Positions 51,513 through 64,000 of a DNA stretch of 64,000 nt are shown one piece after another. Each line of letters begins with the position of its first letter. Position 1 is the first letter of the stretch. The DNA is from Eledone cirrhosa. Taxonomy: Eukaryota. The notes below the pieces were generated by a model. The model was not told the origin of the DNA, searched no databases, and worked only from the letters and a program-made list of their open reading frames with translations. Where the stretch lies: assembly GCA_964016885.1 (NCBI GenBank), contig OZ024752.1, forward strand, positions 5,580,001 to 5,644,000. The letters are read 5' to 3'. Both the position numbers and the translations under genes were made by a program.

Positions 51513-51554
51513 GGCTCTGATGAATGCCAATCAGCGTGAAACAAACTGTCAGCT
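51513..51554 (+). ncRNA. Minimal type I hammerhead ribozyme
   Basis: GGCT-CTGATGA-ATGC(CAATCA)GCGT-GAA-ACA(AAC)TGT-C-AGCT. All core nucleotides are present, three helices pair, and there is a GUC cleavage triplet. Confidence 0.75.
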
Positions 51555-51711
51555 TCTCTCCCTTCTTTCGCTGAAAAGAAGTGACATAGTCACTACTTTA
51601 AAACTGATAGCGTTTGGTCTTCTAAATGTTTTTAATTAAACATACGGTATATTGCCAAATATACTATACATACATTCATATATATATATATATATATGTG
51701 TTTATGTTTGT

Positions 51712-51985
51712 GATGTGTTGTTTCCTTGAAAAAGACACTTTATTTCACATTGCTCCAGTTTACTCAGCTGTAGAAATGAGATGATAGGGACTGGGGTCCC
51801 TATCATTCCACTGCAAAGTGGTCGTGGAGGTGCCACGGCAAAAAAGCACCCAGCACTCACTGTAAATGAGGTTGGTGTTAGGAAGGGCATCCAGCTGTAG
51901 AAATCAAGCCAGAATCAGTTCCTGTCCCACCCTGGCAAGCAAGGAAAAGCGGACATAAAATGATGATGATGATGATGATGATGAT
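51712..51985 (+). mobile_element. SINE with RTE-type 3' tail
   Basis: SINE core (TTCCTTGAAAAAGACACTTTATTTCAC) joined to GGTGTTAGGAAGGGCATCCAGC...GGAAAAGCGGACATAAAA-(TGA)n. Confidence 0.85.
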
Positions 51986-52042
51986 ATTTCTGTATATAGA
52001 TAATGTATATATATATATATATATACATATTTATGTATATAT

Positions 52043-52630
52043 ATCATCATCATCATCATCAACGTTTAACGTCCGTGTTCCACGCTTGCATGGGTTTGGA
52101 TGGGGGTTTTCCCACTTGAGGCAAGAGTGATTGTCTTGCTCGCATAGGACTGTCTGGCGGGTTTTCTACAGCTGGATGCCCTTCCTAACACCAACCACAT
52201 TTACAGTGTGGGGCTGGGAGTGTTTACCGTGTTGCCTACACGGCCACATTACAGCGTGGACTGTCTGGCGGGTTTTCTACAGCTGGATGCCCTTCCTAAC
52301 ACCAACCACATTTACAGTGTGGGGCTGGGAGGTTTTTACCGTGTTGCCTACACGGCCACATTACAGCGTGGACTGTGTGTTTTTTTGTCGTGACACCTAC
52401 ACGATCTCATTTGTTTCGGCCTGGATGTTGTGGCACCAACATAACTTTACATTGAAAGGGGCGGTGTGAATGGGGTTGGGGTGGTGGGACGGGGGTGTAT
52501 TTTGTTAGAGATGCCTACTGACTGTAGTAGGTTTACTTTGTATTTAGGTAAGGCGGGTCTTCTCTATTACTGAGTACCGCCAAAGGTCTTGGTCCAGTGA
52601 CATTGTCTTGGAGAGGTGTAAGTGTGTGAG
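52043..52630 (-). mobile_element. RTE 3' UTR/tail element with internal 111-bp tandem duplication
   Basis: Colinear with 57250-57635, which lacks the duplication. 52505-52590 is nearly the reverse complement of 22770-22855. Confidence 0.8.
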
Positions 52631-52659
52631 GTCGGAATTTATGTATATATATGTTTATG

Positions 52660-52690
<31 letters not shown>

Positions 52691-52860
52691 ATAAAGATTT
52701 ACATATACACAAACTAAACAAAGTGACAGATATATAAATGTGACAACCATTCATATACACATATATATATATACACATATATACATATATATATATATAT
52801 ACATATATAAATATATATATATACATATATAAATATATATATATACATACATATATAAAT

Positions 52861-53230
52861 ATCATCATCATCATCATTTTACATCCGCTTTTCCCTGCTT
52901 GCCAGGGTGGGACGGGAACTGATTCTGGCTTGATTTCTACAGCTAGATGTCCTTCCTAACACCAACCTCATTTACAGTGAGTGCTGGGTATTTTTTTCTA
53001 TGGCGCCTACACGTCCACTTTACAGTGTAGGCTGGGTGCTTTTTTTTGCCATAGCACCTCTACGACCACTTTGCAGTGGATTGATAGGAACCCCAGTCCT
53101 ATCATCTCATTTCTACAGCTGAGTAAACTGGAGCAATGTGAAATAAAGTGTCTTGCTCAAGGAAACAACACATCACCCGGTCTGAGAATTGAACTCACAA
53201 CCTTTTGATTACAAGGCCAATGTGCCTCCA
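52861..53230 (-). mobile_element. SINE with RTE-type tail, inverted copy of 51712-51985
   Basis: Reverse-complement similarity over about 270 bp; includes the tRNA-like head (GAGTTCAATTCTC). Confidence 0.85.
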
Positions 53231-53241
53231 TATATATATAC

Positions 53242-53274
<33 letters not shown>

Positions 53275-53295
53275 CATATATATATAAATATATAC

Positions 53296-53327
<32 letters not shown>

Positions 53328-53329
53328 TA

Positions 53330-53533
53330 AATGTAAACATGTAAGTATGTTTTTGAAATGGTGCGCGAGTTTGAAATTAGAAATTAGAAATTATAAGCTT
53401 TCACCAGATTTTAGACTAAAGAAATTTCTAGCCTGATAGTGGGGTTTATAACCCTCGGGGAAATGGAAAAAGATGAGTGTTGCCGTACATGGGAGTCAAA
53501 CCCACATCTTTGGTTATCCAGACCACTGTGCTA
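53330..53533 (-). mobile_element. Short tRNA-headed element embedded in (TA)n
   Basis: Minus strand begins TAGCACAGTGG (A box) and continues to GGTTTGACTCCC (B-box-like). Confidence 0.45.
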
Positions 53534-53649
53534 TATATATATATTTATATATATATATATTTATATATATATATATATATTTATATATGTATATATAAAT
53601 TTATATATGTATATATAAATTTATATATGTATATATAAATTTATATATG

Positions 53650-53680
<31 letters not shown>

Positions 53681-53779
53681 GTATATATACATGTATATAT
53701 ATATGTATATATATATATGGAGGCATATTATTATTATTATATATATATATATATATATACATATATAAATATATATATA

Positions 53780-55575
53780 CATATTTGCAACACTAACTTC
53801 CAGACACCTGCCAACCACCTAATAACCTACAAATCAGGCGAGCACATAAGCCAGATTGACTTCTTACTAGTTAGGCAGCGGGACAGGCAGATGGTGTCTA
53901 ATACCAAGGCATACCCTGGGGAAGAATGTACCCCACAGCATAGGTTAGTCGTTAGTGATATATCAGTAAGCAAGAGATGGAATGAGCCATACAGGAAGGT
54001 GTGGAGAAGAAAGGTCTGGAAGCTAAAAGAACTTTCACTAAAATACAAATTTAGGAAAGTCCTTCAAGATGTATATGACGAAAAAGAAGACGATTTAGAG
54101 ACGTATGACATAGATAATAACTGGAATTTCTTATGTGACAACTTGCTGCAGGCTACTGATGAAACTTGTGGCTGGAGCAGAGCTCCAACCAGACAGAGAG
54201 TGACCTGGTGGTGGAACAGCACAGTAGATAAGGCCATTAGAGACAAAAGACTAGCATGGAAGGCTTGGTAAAAGGGTGGGAGTGGAGAAGGATATACAGC
54301 CGCTAAGAGAGAAGCTAGACGTCAGGTGTACTTAGCACGCAGGGAGGCTGAGAGTAGGAGGTTTGCCAATGTTCTACGGCGGGAAGATCAGAGGCGTGCG
54401 GTGTTCCACATTGCAAGGCACTGTGTCAATGCAAATCAGGATGTTGTTGGAGATAAATGTGTCCAGAATGATGCCGGTGTACTTAGTGTCACGAATGATC
54501 AGAAAAAGGGGGCCTGGAAATGTCATTATGAAAGACTGATGAATGTGGTGAACGAATGGGAGAGAGAGAAATTACCCTCAGTAGATCTGACAGAGGGACC
54601 AGCTATTGAGATTGGCGAATATAGTGTCCAAGAGGCGATTAAGGAAATGAAAAATGGTAAGGTGGCTGGACCGTCGGGGATAGTTGCTGAGATGCTGAAG
54701 GCATCAGGTGACGTAGGCACTAAACTGGTTGCACGCATCATCAATCAGGCTATATATGGTGGTGTCATACCCAAAGACTGGTGCAGCAGTATTCTCATAA
54801 ATTGCTACAAAGGTAAAGGGGATGCTCTGGAGAGGAGCAATTATAGGGATATAAAACTGATGGATCAGGTTATGAAAGTGGCAGAAAGGATATTAGCACA
54901 ACTAATTAGAGAAAGGGCTAAACTAGATGAGATGCAGTTTGGTTTTGTGACTGGGAAGAGTACAACAGATGCTCTCTTCTTGGTGAGACAATTGCAAGAG
55001 AGGTTCTTAGAGAAAAATAAGCCACTATACTTAGCCTTTGTTGACCTAGAGAAGGCCTTTGATAGGGTGCCCCGATCTGTCATCTGGTGGTCCCTAAGGA
55101 AACTAGGTGTTGAGGAATGGCTTGTGAGGACAGTGCAAACTTTGTACAGAGGAGCTGTCAGTAAAGTCAGGGTAGGAATGGAGTTTAGTGAGGAATTCCA
55201 GATACAAGTAGGAGTACATCAAGGTTCGGTCCGTAGCCCGCTCTTGTTCATTATAGTCCTCCAAGCCATAACAGAGGAGTTTAAGACTGGCTGTCCATGG
55301 GAATTTCTCTATGCTGACGATCTGGTTCTTATAGCAGAATCAGTAGAGGAGCTAGAGAATAAATTCTGCCTATGGAAACAGCAGTTGGAAGCAAGAGGAC
55401 TGAGAGTGAACCTAGCTAAGACAAAAGTGTTGATAAGTAGAAAAGAGGACAAAACCCTGATTCCATCAGGGAAATGGCCATGTTCGATATGCAGAAAAGG
55501 AACTGGCATAAATTCTATAAAATGTACACAATGTAGATCCTGGGTACACAAGAGATGTAGTGGGATAGCAGGCAA
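53780..55575 (+). mobile_element. RTE-clade LINE ORF fragment (APE end plus RT), one in-frame stop, truncated by (TA)n at both ends
   Basis: Reads TYKSGEHISQIDFLL and PQHRLV (APE end), TAA at 54269-54271, then GKVAGPSGI, MQFGFVTGKSTTDA, FVDLEKAFDRVP, GVHQGS, LYADDL and [10 protein letters not shown]. Confidence 0.96.
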
Positions 55576-55832
55576 TATATATATATATACATACATATAT
55601 ATATACATACATATATATATACATACATATATATATACATACATATAAATATACATACATATATATATACATATATATATACATATATATATACATATAT
55701 ACATATATATATACATACATATATATATACATATATATATACATATATATATACATATATATATACATATATATATACATACATATATATATATATAGAT
55801 ATATATATATACATATATATATATACATATAC

Positions 55833-55865
<33 letters not shown>

Positions 55866-55904
55866 CATACATATAAATACATACATATAAATACATACAT
55901 ATAA

Positions 55905-55951
<47 letters not shown>

Positions 55952-55967
55952 CATACATATATATATA

Positions 55968-56122
55968 CATGATGGCTGCCCCCTCGTTATCGAGTATGGC
56001 CATTGCACAAGAAAAAAAAAGAGAAAAAAAAAAAAATAAATTAAAAAAAAATAAATAAATAAAATAAAAAAAAAATAAAAAAAATAATAATAATAAATAA
56101 ATTAAAAAAAAAAAAAAAAGGG

Positions 56123-56203
<81 letters not shown>

Positions 56204-56260
56204 ATATACATACATACATACACATACACTCACACATATATACACACATACATTAGTAAC

Positions 56261-56295
<35 letters not shown>

Positions 56296-56795
56296 CAATA
56301 ATAATAATAACGACAACAACAATAATAATATACCTATTCATATATATATATACACACACACGCACGCACATAAGCATATCTACACACACACACACACACA
56401 CACACGATAGCAACTAACACTGCTGCGATCGAATGTGGCTTTTTAGCCCAGCCAATGATCTAAAATGTCTTGCACAGAGTCGGCAACCAAAACATTTACT
56501 GGGAATAGTCGGCTGTGGTGGGAGTTCGTGTACTTTTGCATGTCGCTTGAACCCTCCTGCTGATTTACATTCTCTACCACATGTTTGGCAAGCATGATGA
56601 GTAGCATCTCCAACAGCAGCCTGGTAGTCAACCACTGGTCTTACTTTATGACTGCGAAGATGACTTTCGAGTCCAGCTTTGCTTAGGCAGAGTCTCGCAC
56701 AGACGCTGCATGTCAGAACCATAGGAGGACCCTCGCCGTCTGGAAGTGCAACAGCAATGCCCTTCCTCACGTCCCGCTTTACTTTCTCGTGTGCG
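55968..56795 (-). mobile_element. Probable RTE LINE 3' end encoding three C2H2-like zinc fingers, interrupted by microsatellites
   Basis: Fingers CSVCARLCLSKAGLESHLRSH, CQTCGRECKSAGGFKRHAKVH and CRLCARHFRSLAGLKSHIRSQ. Downstream GGCCATACTCGATAACGAGGGGGCAGCCATC resembles an RTE 3' UTR stem-loop. Confidence 0.6.
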
Positions 56796-57249
56796 ATATA
56801 TATATATACCCGCTCAGGCTAAGAACGAAAGACTTACTGAAGAAGTAAATCCTATGTTCTGTCATCAAAAACCATTATATTGCAGACTCCTGCAATAGGA
56901 ATTTGTCGATCTTGGATTTGCAGAAACTTAGCGCTGATGTTGGATGCTATATATGTAAGTTATATATTTTGCACTCAGCCTCACTGCTATGTCCGGGTCA
57001 GTATAAAATCTTTTCCTGGGTCCTGTATGTTCGTTGCTCTAGTGATGCAGCTGGACTGCCGACCGCTATATCTGATTTGCTAAGCTGTCTGAATGTAATG
57101 TTATTACTCTGGGGTCTTTCCTCATCTGAGTGCTCAAGCTACAGACCGATTATGCATATACGCAAGCTTGGCCGTATTCTAAAGCTTCGTCAATGCTGTA
57201 CTAAAATTTATATATATATATATACACATATATATATATACACATATAT

Positions 57250-57635
57250 CATCATCCTCATCATCTTCGTTTAATGTCCATTTTCCACGCTAGCATGGGT
57301 TAGACGGGAGTTGTCCCACTTGAGGCAAGGTTGGTCGGGTGACCGTGTCTCGCTCATATAGGACTATCTGGCAGGTTTTCTACGGCTGGATGCCCTTCCT
57401 AACACCAACCACGTTTACAGTGTGGACTGGGAGGTTTTTACCGTGTTACCTACACAGCCACATTACAGCGTGGACTGTGTGTTTTTTTTTGTCGTGACAC
57501 CTACACGACCTCATTTGTTTTGGACTGGATGTTGTGGTACCAACATAACTTTACATTTAAGGGGGTGGTGTGGATGGGGTGGGGGTAGTGGGACGGGGTG
57601 TATTTTGTTAGAGGTGCCTACTGACTGTAGGTTTC
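57250..57635 (-). mobile_element. RTE 3' UTR/tail element
   Basis: (CAT)n-cgtttaatgtccattttccacgctagcatgggttagacgg...ggatgcccttcctaacaccaacc, as in many other copies. Confidence 0.85.
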
Positions 57636-57641
57636 GCTTTC

Positions 57642-57748
<107 letters not shown>

Positions 57749-57832
57749 GAAAAATTGAACAGGGACAGAACAGAGAGGCAGTACAATAAATGTTTATTAA
57801 ATTCACGCTCAGGAGAGTGGGGGGTAGGTGGG

Positions 57833-57868
57833 GGACGACGTTTCGGGCATAAGCCCTTCTTCAGGTGA
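57833..57868 (-). ncRNA. Penelope-type minimal hammerhead ribozyme motif
   Basis: Minus strand CAC-CTGAAGA-A-GGGC(TTAT)GCCC-GAAACGTC-GT, with palindromic helix III (ACGT) and AATAAA shortly downstream. Confidence 0.6.
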
Positions 57869-58263
57869 GAAGTGTGTGGGAACAGAGTTCAAAAGGTGTG
57901 TAGGGTAGTGGTGGAGAGACATATAGCGAAAGGAAACGGTGCGAATGAAAAATTAACAAATAAAGACAAAAAATATAATAAATAAAAATAAAGCATGATC
58001 AAAATACAAGGAATGAGAAAATTTAAAAATAAAGGCATGATCAAAATAAACTGAAATTAAAAGGGGGGTAAACAGGTGGTGGAAGGGTGTGGGGTGAGTA
58101 GGGGTGGTGGCGGGTGGAGTGGGGAGAGGGAGACGGGGTGTCCGAGCGGGGAGGGCTGAAGGTGGTGTGTGTGGTTAGGTGTGTGTGTGTGTGTGTATGT
58201 GAAAGTGAGGGTTGGGGGATACGTATATATGTATATATACGTATATATGTATATATATACGTA

Positions 58264-58295
<32 letters not shown>

Positions 58296-59581
58296 CGTAT
58301 ATATGTATATATATACGTATACATCTATATATATACGTATATATGTATATATATACGTATATATGTATATATATACGTATATATGTTTATATATACGTAT
58401 ATATGTATATATATACGTATATATGTATATATATACGTATATATGTATATATATACATATATGTATATATACATATATATGTATATATATACATATATAT
58501 GTATATATATACATATATATGTATATATATACATATATATATATATACATATATATGTATATATATATACATATATATGTATATATATACATATATATGT
58601 ATATATATATATATATATACATATATATGTATATAAATACATATATATGTATATATATACATATATGTATATATACATATATATGTATATATATACATAT
58701 ATATGTATATATATACATATATATATATATACATATATATGTATATATATATACATATATATGTATATATATACATATATATGTATATATATATATATAT
58801 ATACATATATATGTATATATATACATATATATGTATATATATACATATATATGTATATATGTATATATGTATCCATGTATATATGTATATATGTATATAT
58901 GTATATATGTATATATGTATCCAACTCTGATATAAACCTAGGAATTTTAAACTAGACATATGATCATTATTTTTCACACATTATTGATACGTGTCTCATT
59001 CATGAATACTGATATTTACATTATAATACCTAATTCATACGAATTGATATTTTAACATTGATGAAACATAATGTTTTAAATCTGCCTCGTTTATGTCTGG
59101 ATATTTTCTTTTCTCTCTATGTAACGGCTCTTTTCTCTCCTAACCACATATATCTCTCTCTACCTTAATACTAGAACTAAATAAATAAATAAATAAATAA
59201 ATATATCATTGATACGTCATTCAACTGGTGCCCAACTACCTATTTTCTTTCTCTCTATCTCTATCTATATCTATCTCTCTCTATTTTTTCTCTCTCTCTC
59301 TCTTCTCTCTCTCTCTCTATCTATCTCCCTCTGTGTTTTTTCCTCTCTCTATATATTTCTCTCTGTTTCTTTACATGAATTTCTTCTCTCTATCTATCTC
59401 TCTATATCTCTCTCTCTCTATTTAGTTGCATGCATTTCTTCTTTTTCTTCGCTTTTTTCTTTCTTTCTTTTTATAACTGCCCCTAACATTTTCACTACCA
59501 AATCAACTTTTTAAATGGAAGTTGAAGTTGAAAGGTATGTCAAATCTATCTATTTATAAGACTGTTTATATTGTATTTTGT

Positions 59582-59626
59582 CTGAAGAAGGCATACCATA
59601 TTTTTAATATGATATCCCTGAAATAT
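59582..59626 (+). ncRNA. Degenerate hammerhead-like motif
   Basis: CTGAAGA-AGG...CATATT(TTT)AATATG...CCT-GAAA-TATA; helix I is poor. Confidence 0.35.
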
Positions 59627-59768
59627 ATATAATGAAATAAATATGGTTTTATAAATATAGTTTCCATTTATTTAATATCGTAAATATACTCCAAATACTT
59701 GTTGAGTGCTTTTATATCAGTTATAAATATTTACTCGTTGTAACCCAACAATTTAAATAAAACTTTGC

Positions 59769-59926
<158 letters not shown>

Positions 59927-59936
59927 GTATATATAC

Positions 59937-59989
<53 letters not shown>

Positions 59990-60016
59990 TATATATATAT
60001 ATATATATATATATAG

Positions 60017-60061
<45 letters not shown>

Positions 60062-60090
60062 TATAGGTATATAAATATATATATATATAT

Positions 60091-60126
<36 letters not shown>

Positions 60127-60131
60127 GTATA

Positions 60132-60163
<32 letters not shown>

Positions 60164-60164
60164 C

Positions 60165-60334
<170 letters not shown>

Positions 60335-60362
60335 GTATATATATATATATATATATATATAC

Positions 60363-60476
<114 letters not shown>

Positions 60477-60477
60477 G

Positions 60478-60502
<25 letters not shown>

Positions 60503-60511
<9 letters not shown>

Positions 60512-60893
60512 TAAACAAATAATGAATAAAACAATGAAACAGTTCCTTATATTAAACAAAAAAAGTTCATTATTTAACGATCGTTTCTAGGATATATATG
60601 TGTTAGAATTGGCATGCATATTCAACAGATCTATGTACAAAATTATACAAAATTATACAAACTATCAAGATTAAATATACATACCAAACACACGGCGTAT
60701 ATGTGTGTTTGGTATGTATATTTAATCTTGATAGTTTGTATAATTTTGTATAATTTTGTACATAGATCTGTTAAATATGCATGCCAATTCTAACACATAT
60801 ATATCCTAGAAACGATCGTTAAATAATGAACTTTTTTTGTTTAATATAAGGAACTGTTTCATTGTTTTATTCATTATTTGTTTAATATTTTAT
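60503..60893. repeat. Near-perfect long palindrome: 191-bp arms, 9-nt loop
   Basis: 60503-60693 is the reverse complement of 60703-60893, with one mismatch seen. Confidence 0.97.
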
Positions 60894-61024
60894 CTTGACT
60901 CTGTATACCGTTTATCTTTCACCGAAAGTGATTTTTCATTACATCTCTTCTTTCCATGATATCCGGAATACATTGAGTTCTTCATACGGATTGGACACTA
61001 CCGTAAACTCTTGGTAGATTTATC

Positions 61025-61085
<61 letters not shown>

Positions 61086-61137
61086 GTATATATATATATA
61101 TATATATATACGTATATATATATATATATATATATAC

Positions 61138-61181
<44 letters not shown>

Positions 61182-61261
61182 GTATATATATATATATATA
61201 TATACGTATATATATATATATATATATATACGTATATATATATATATATATATATATATAC

Positions 61262-61293
<32 letters not shown>

Positions 61294-61296
61294 GTA

Positions 61297-61375
<79 letters not shown>

Positions 61376-61421
61376 GTATATATAGTTAAAAGAATAGAGG
61401 TGTAACACACAAGTTATTATA

Positions 61422-61884
61422 TATTGGTAAACGGAATAGAAAATGCTGACAAATTGTTCACAGTTGAAAAGTGGTTTAATTAGGAATAAAAGAGTATTAG
61501 TGATTGTATGGGTTAGTATTCAGTTGTAGTTTTAAGTTTTTAAGTTTTTACCGGTTGCGCATTTCTAAATGCTTTTCAAAATAATTTTGAGATAGAGTGT
61601 CCGTGCTGTTTGCTCTGATCTGATTAGTTTTGGGAATTCTACCTGTTTTTACATAAAAACAGGTAGAATTCCCAAAACTAATCAGATCAGAGCAAACAGC
61701 ACGGACACTCTATCTCAAAATTATTTTTGAAAAGCATTTAGAAATGCGCAACCGGTAAATACTTAAAAACTTAAAACTACAACTGAATACTAACCCATAC
61801 AATCACTAATACTCTTTTATTCCTAATTAAACCATTTTTCAACTGTGAACAATTTGTCAGCATTTTCTATTCCGTTTACCAATA
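61422..61884. repeat. Near-perfect long palindrome: about 230-bp arms, 2-nt centre
   Basis: Centre ...ACCTGTTTTTA CA TAAAAACAGGT...; a few mismatches and a 1-bp indel between the arms. Confidence 0.97.
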
Positions 61885-61885
61885 C

Positions 61886-61965
<80 letters not shown>

Positions 61966-62101
61966 GTATATATATATATATATATATATACGTATATATA
62001 TATATATATATACGTATATATATATATATATATAGACGTATATATATATATATATATATATATATACGTATATATATATACGTATATATATATATATATA
62101 C

Positions 62102-62135
<34 letters not shown>

Positions 62136-62153
62136 GTATATATATATATATAC

Positions 62154-62199
<46 letters not shown>

Positions 62200-62442
62200 G
62201 TATATATATATACGTATATATATATATACGTATATATATATATACGTATATATATATATACGTATATATATATATACGTATATATATATATACGTATATA
62301 TATATATATACGTATATATATATATATATACGTATATATATATATATATACGTATATATATATATATATATATATACGTATATATATATATATACGTATA
62401 TATATATATATATATATACGTATATATATAAATATATATACG

Positions 62443-62499
<57 letters not shown>

Positions 62500-62653
62500 G
62501 TATATATATATATATATATATATATATACGTATATATATATATATATATACGTATATATATATATATATATACGTATATATATATATATATATATATATA
62601 TACGTATATATATATATATATATATATACGTATATATATATATATATATATAC

Positions 62654-62721
<68 letters not shown>

Positions 62722-62745
62722 GTATATATATATATATATATATAC

Positions 62746-62779
<34 letters not shown>

Positions 62780-62923
62780 GTATATATATACGTATATATA
62801 TATATATATATATATACGTATATATATATATATATATATATACATATATATATACGTATATATATATATATATATATATATATACGTATATATATACGTA
62901 TATATATATATATATATATATAC

Positions 62924-63037
<114 letters not shown>

Positions 63038-63061
63038 GTATATATATATATATATATATAC

Positions 63062-63141
<80 letters not shown>

Positions 63142-63153
63142 GTATATATATAC

Positions 63154-63385
<232 letters not shown>

Positions 63386-63425
63386 GTATATATATATATA
63401 TATATATATATACGTATATATATAC

Positions 63426-63535
<110 letters not shown>

Positions 63536-63565
63536 GTATATATATATATATATATATATATATAC

Positions 63566-63777
<212 letters not shown>

Positions 63778-63857
63778 GTATATATATATATATATATATA
63801 TACGTATATATATATATATATATATATATATACGTATATATATATATATATATATAC

Positions 63858-63983
<126 letters not shown>

Positions 63984-64000
63984 GTATATATATATATATA

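Noticed and set aside
53480-53533. tRNA gene
   Set aside because: A/B-box-like motifs are present but no complete cloverleaf can be built; treated as a SINE head. The same applies to the other SINE heads.
56810-57210. Complex-sequence island with short ORFs
   Set aside because: Possibly a decayed LINE RT piece, but I could not identify a convincing motif, so it is left unannotated.

Overview
Eukaryotic, AT-rich and extremely repeat-dense DNA. The SINE/RTE-LINE repertoire and microsatellite load resemble an octopus (coleoid cephalopod) genome; this is an inference. Two convergent spliced genes can be reconstructed by hand with consistent GT-AG junctions and reading-frame phases. One is the 3' half of BBS2 (11 coding exons, + strand, 7268-21403). 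The other is complete TMEM115 (3 exons, - strand, 49034-33009, about 373 aa), with tandem ETS motifs and a YY1-like motif at its start. The rest is tandem minisatellites, several visibly seeded from retroelement sequence, plus RTE- and CRE-like LINE remnants, tRNA-derived SINEs, TTAA MITEs, a deleted mariner, hammerhead-ribozyme motifs and (TA)n tracts. Two near-perfect 190-230-bp-arm palindromes sit inside a (TA)n-CG array at the right end. Most ORFs in the supplied track are artefacts of repeats. No CRISPR, rRNA or intact tRNA gene is present. The best candidates for new biology are the LINE-born satellite, the palindromes, the hammerheads and the PHD/C2H2-carrying LINEs; none is proven from sequence alone.
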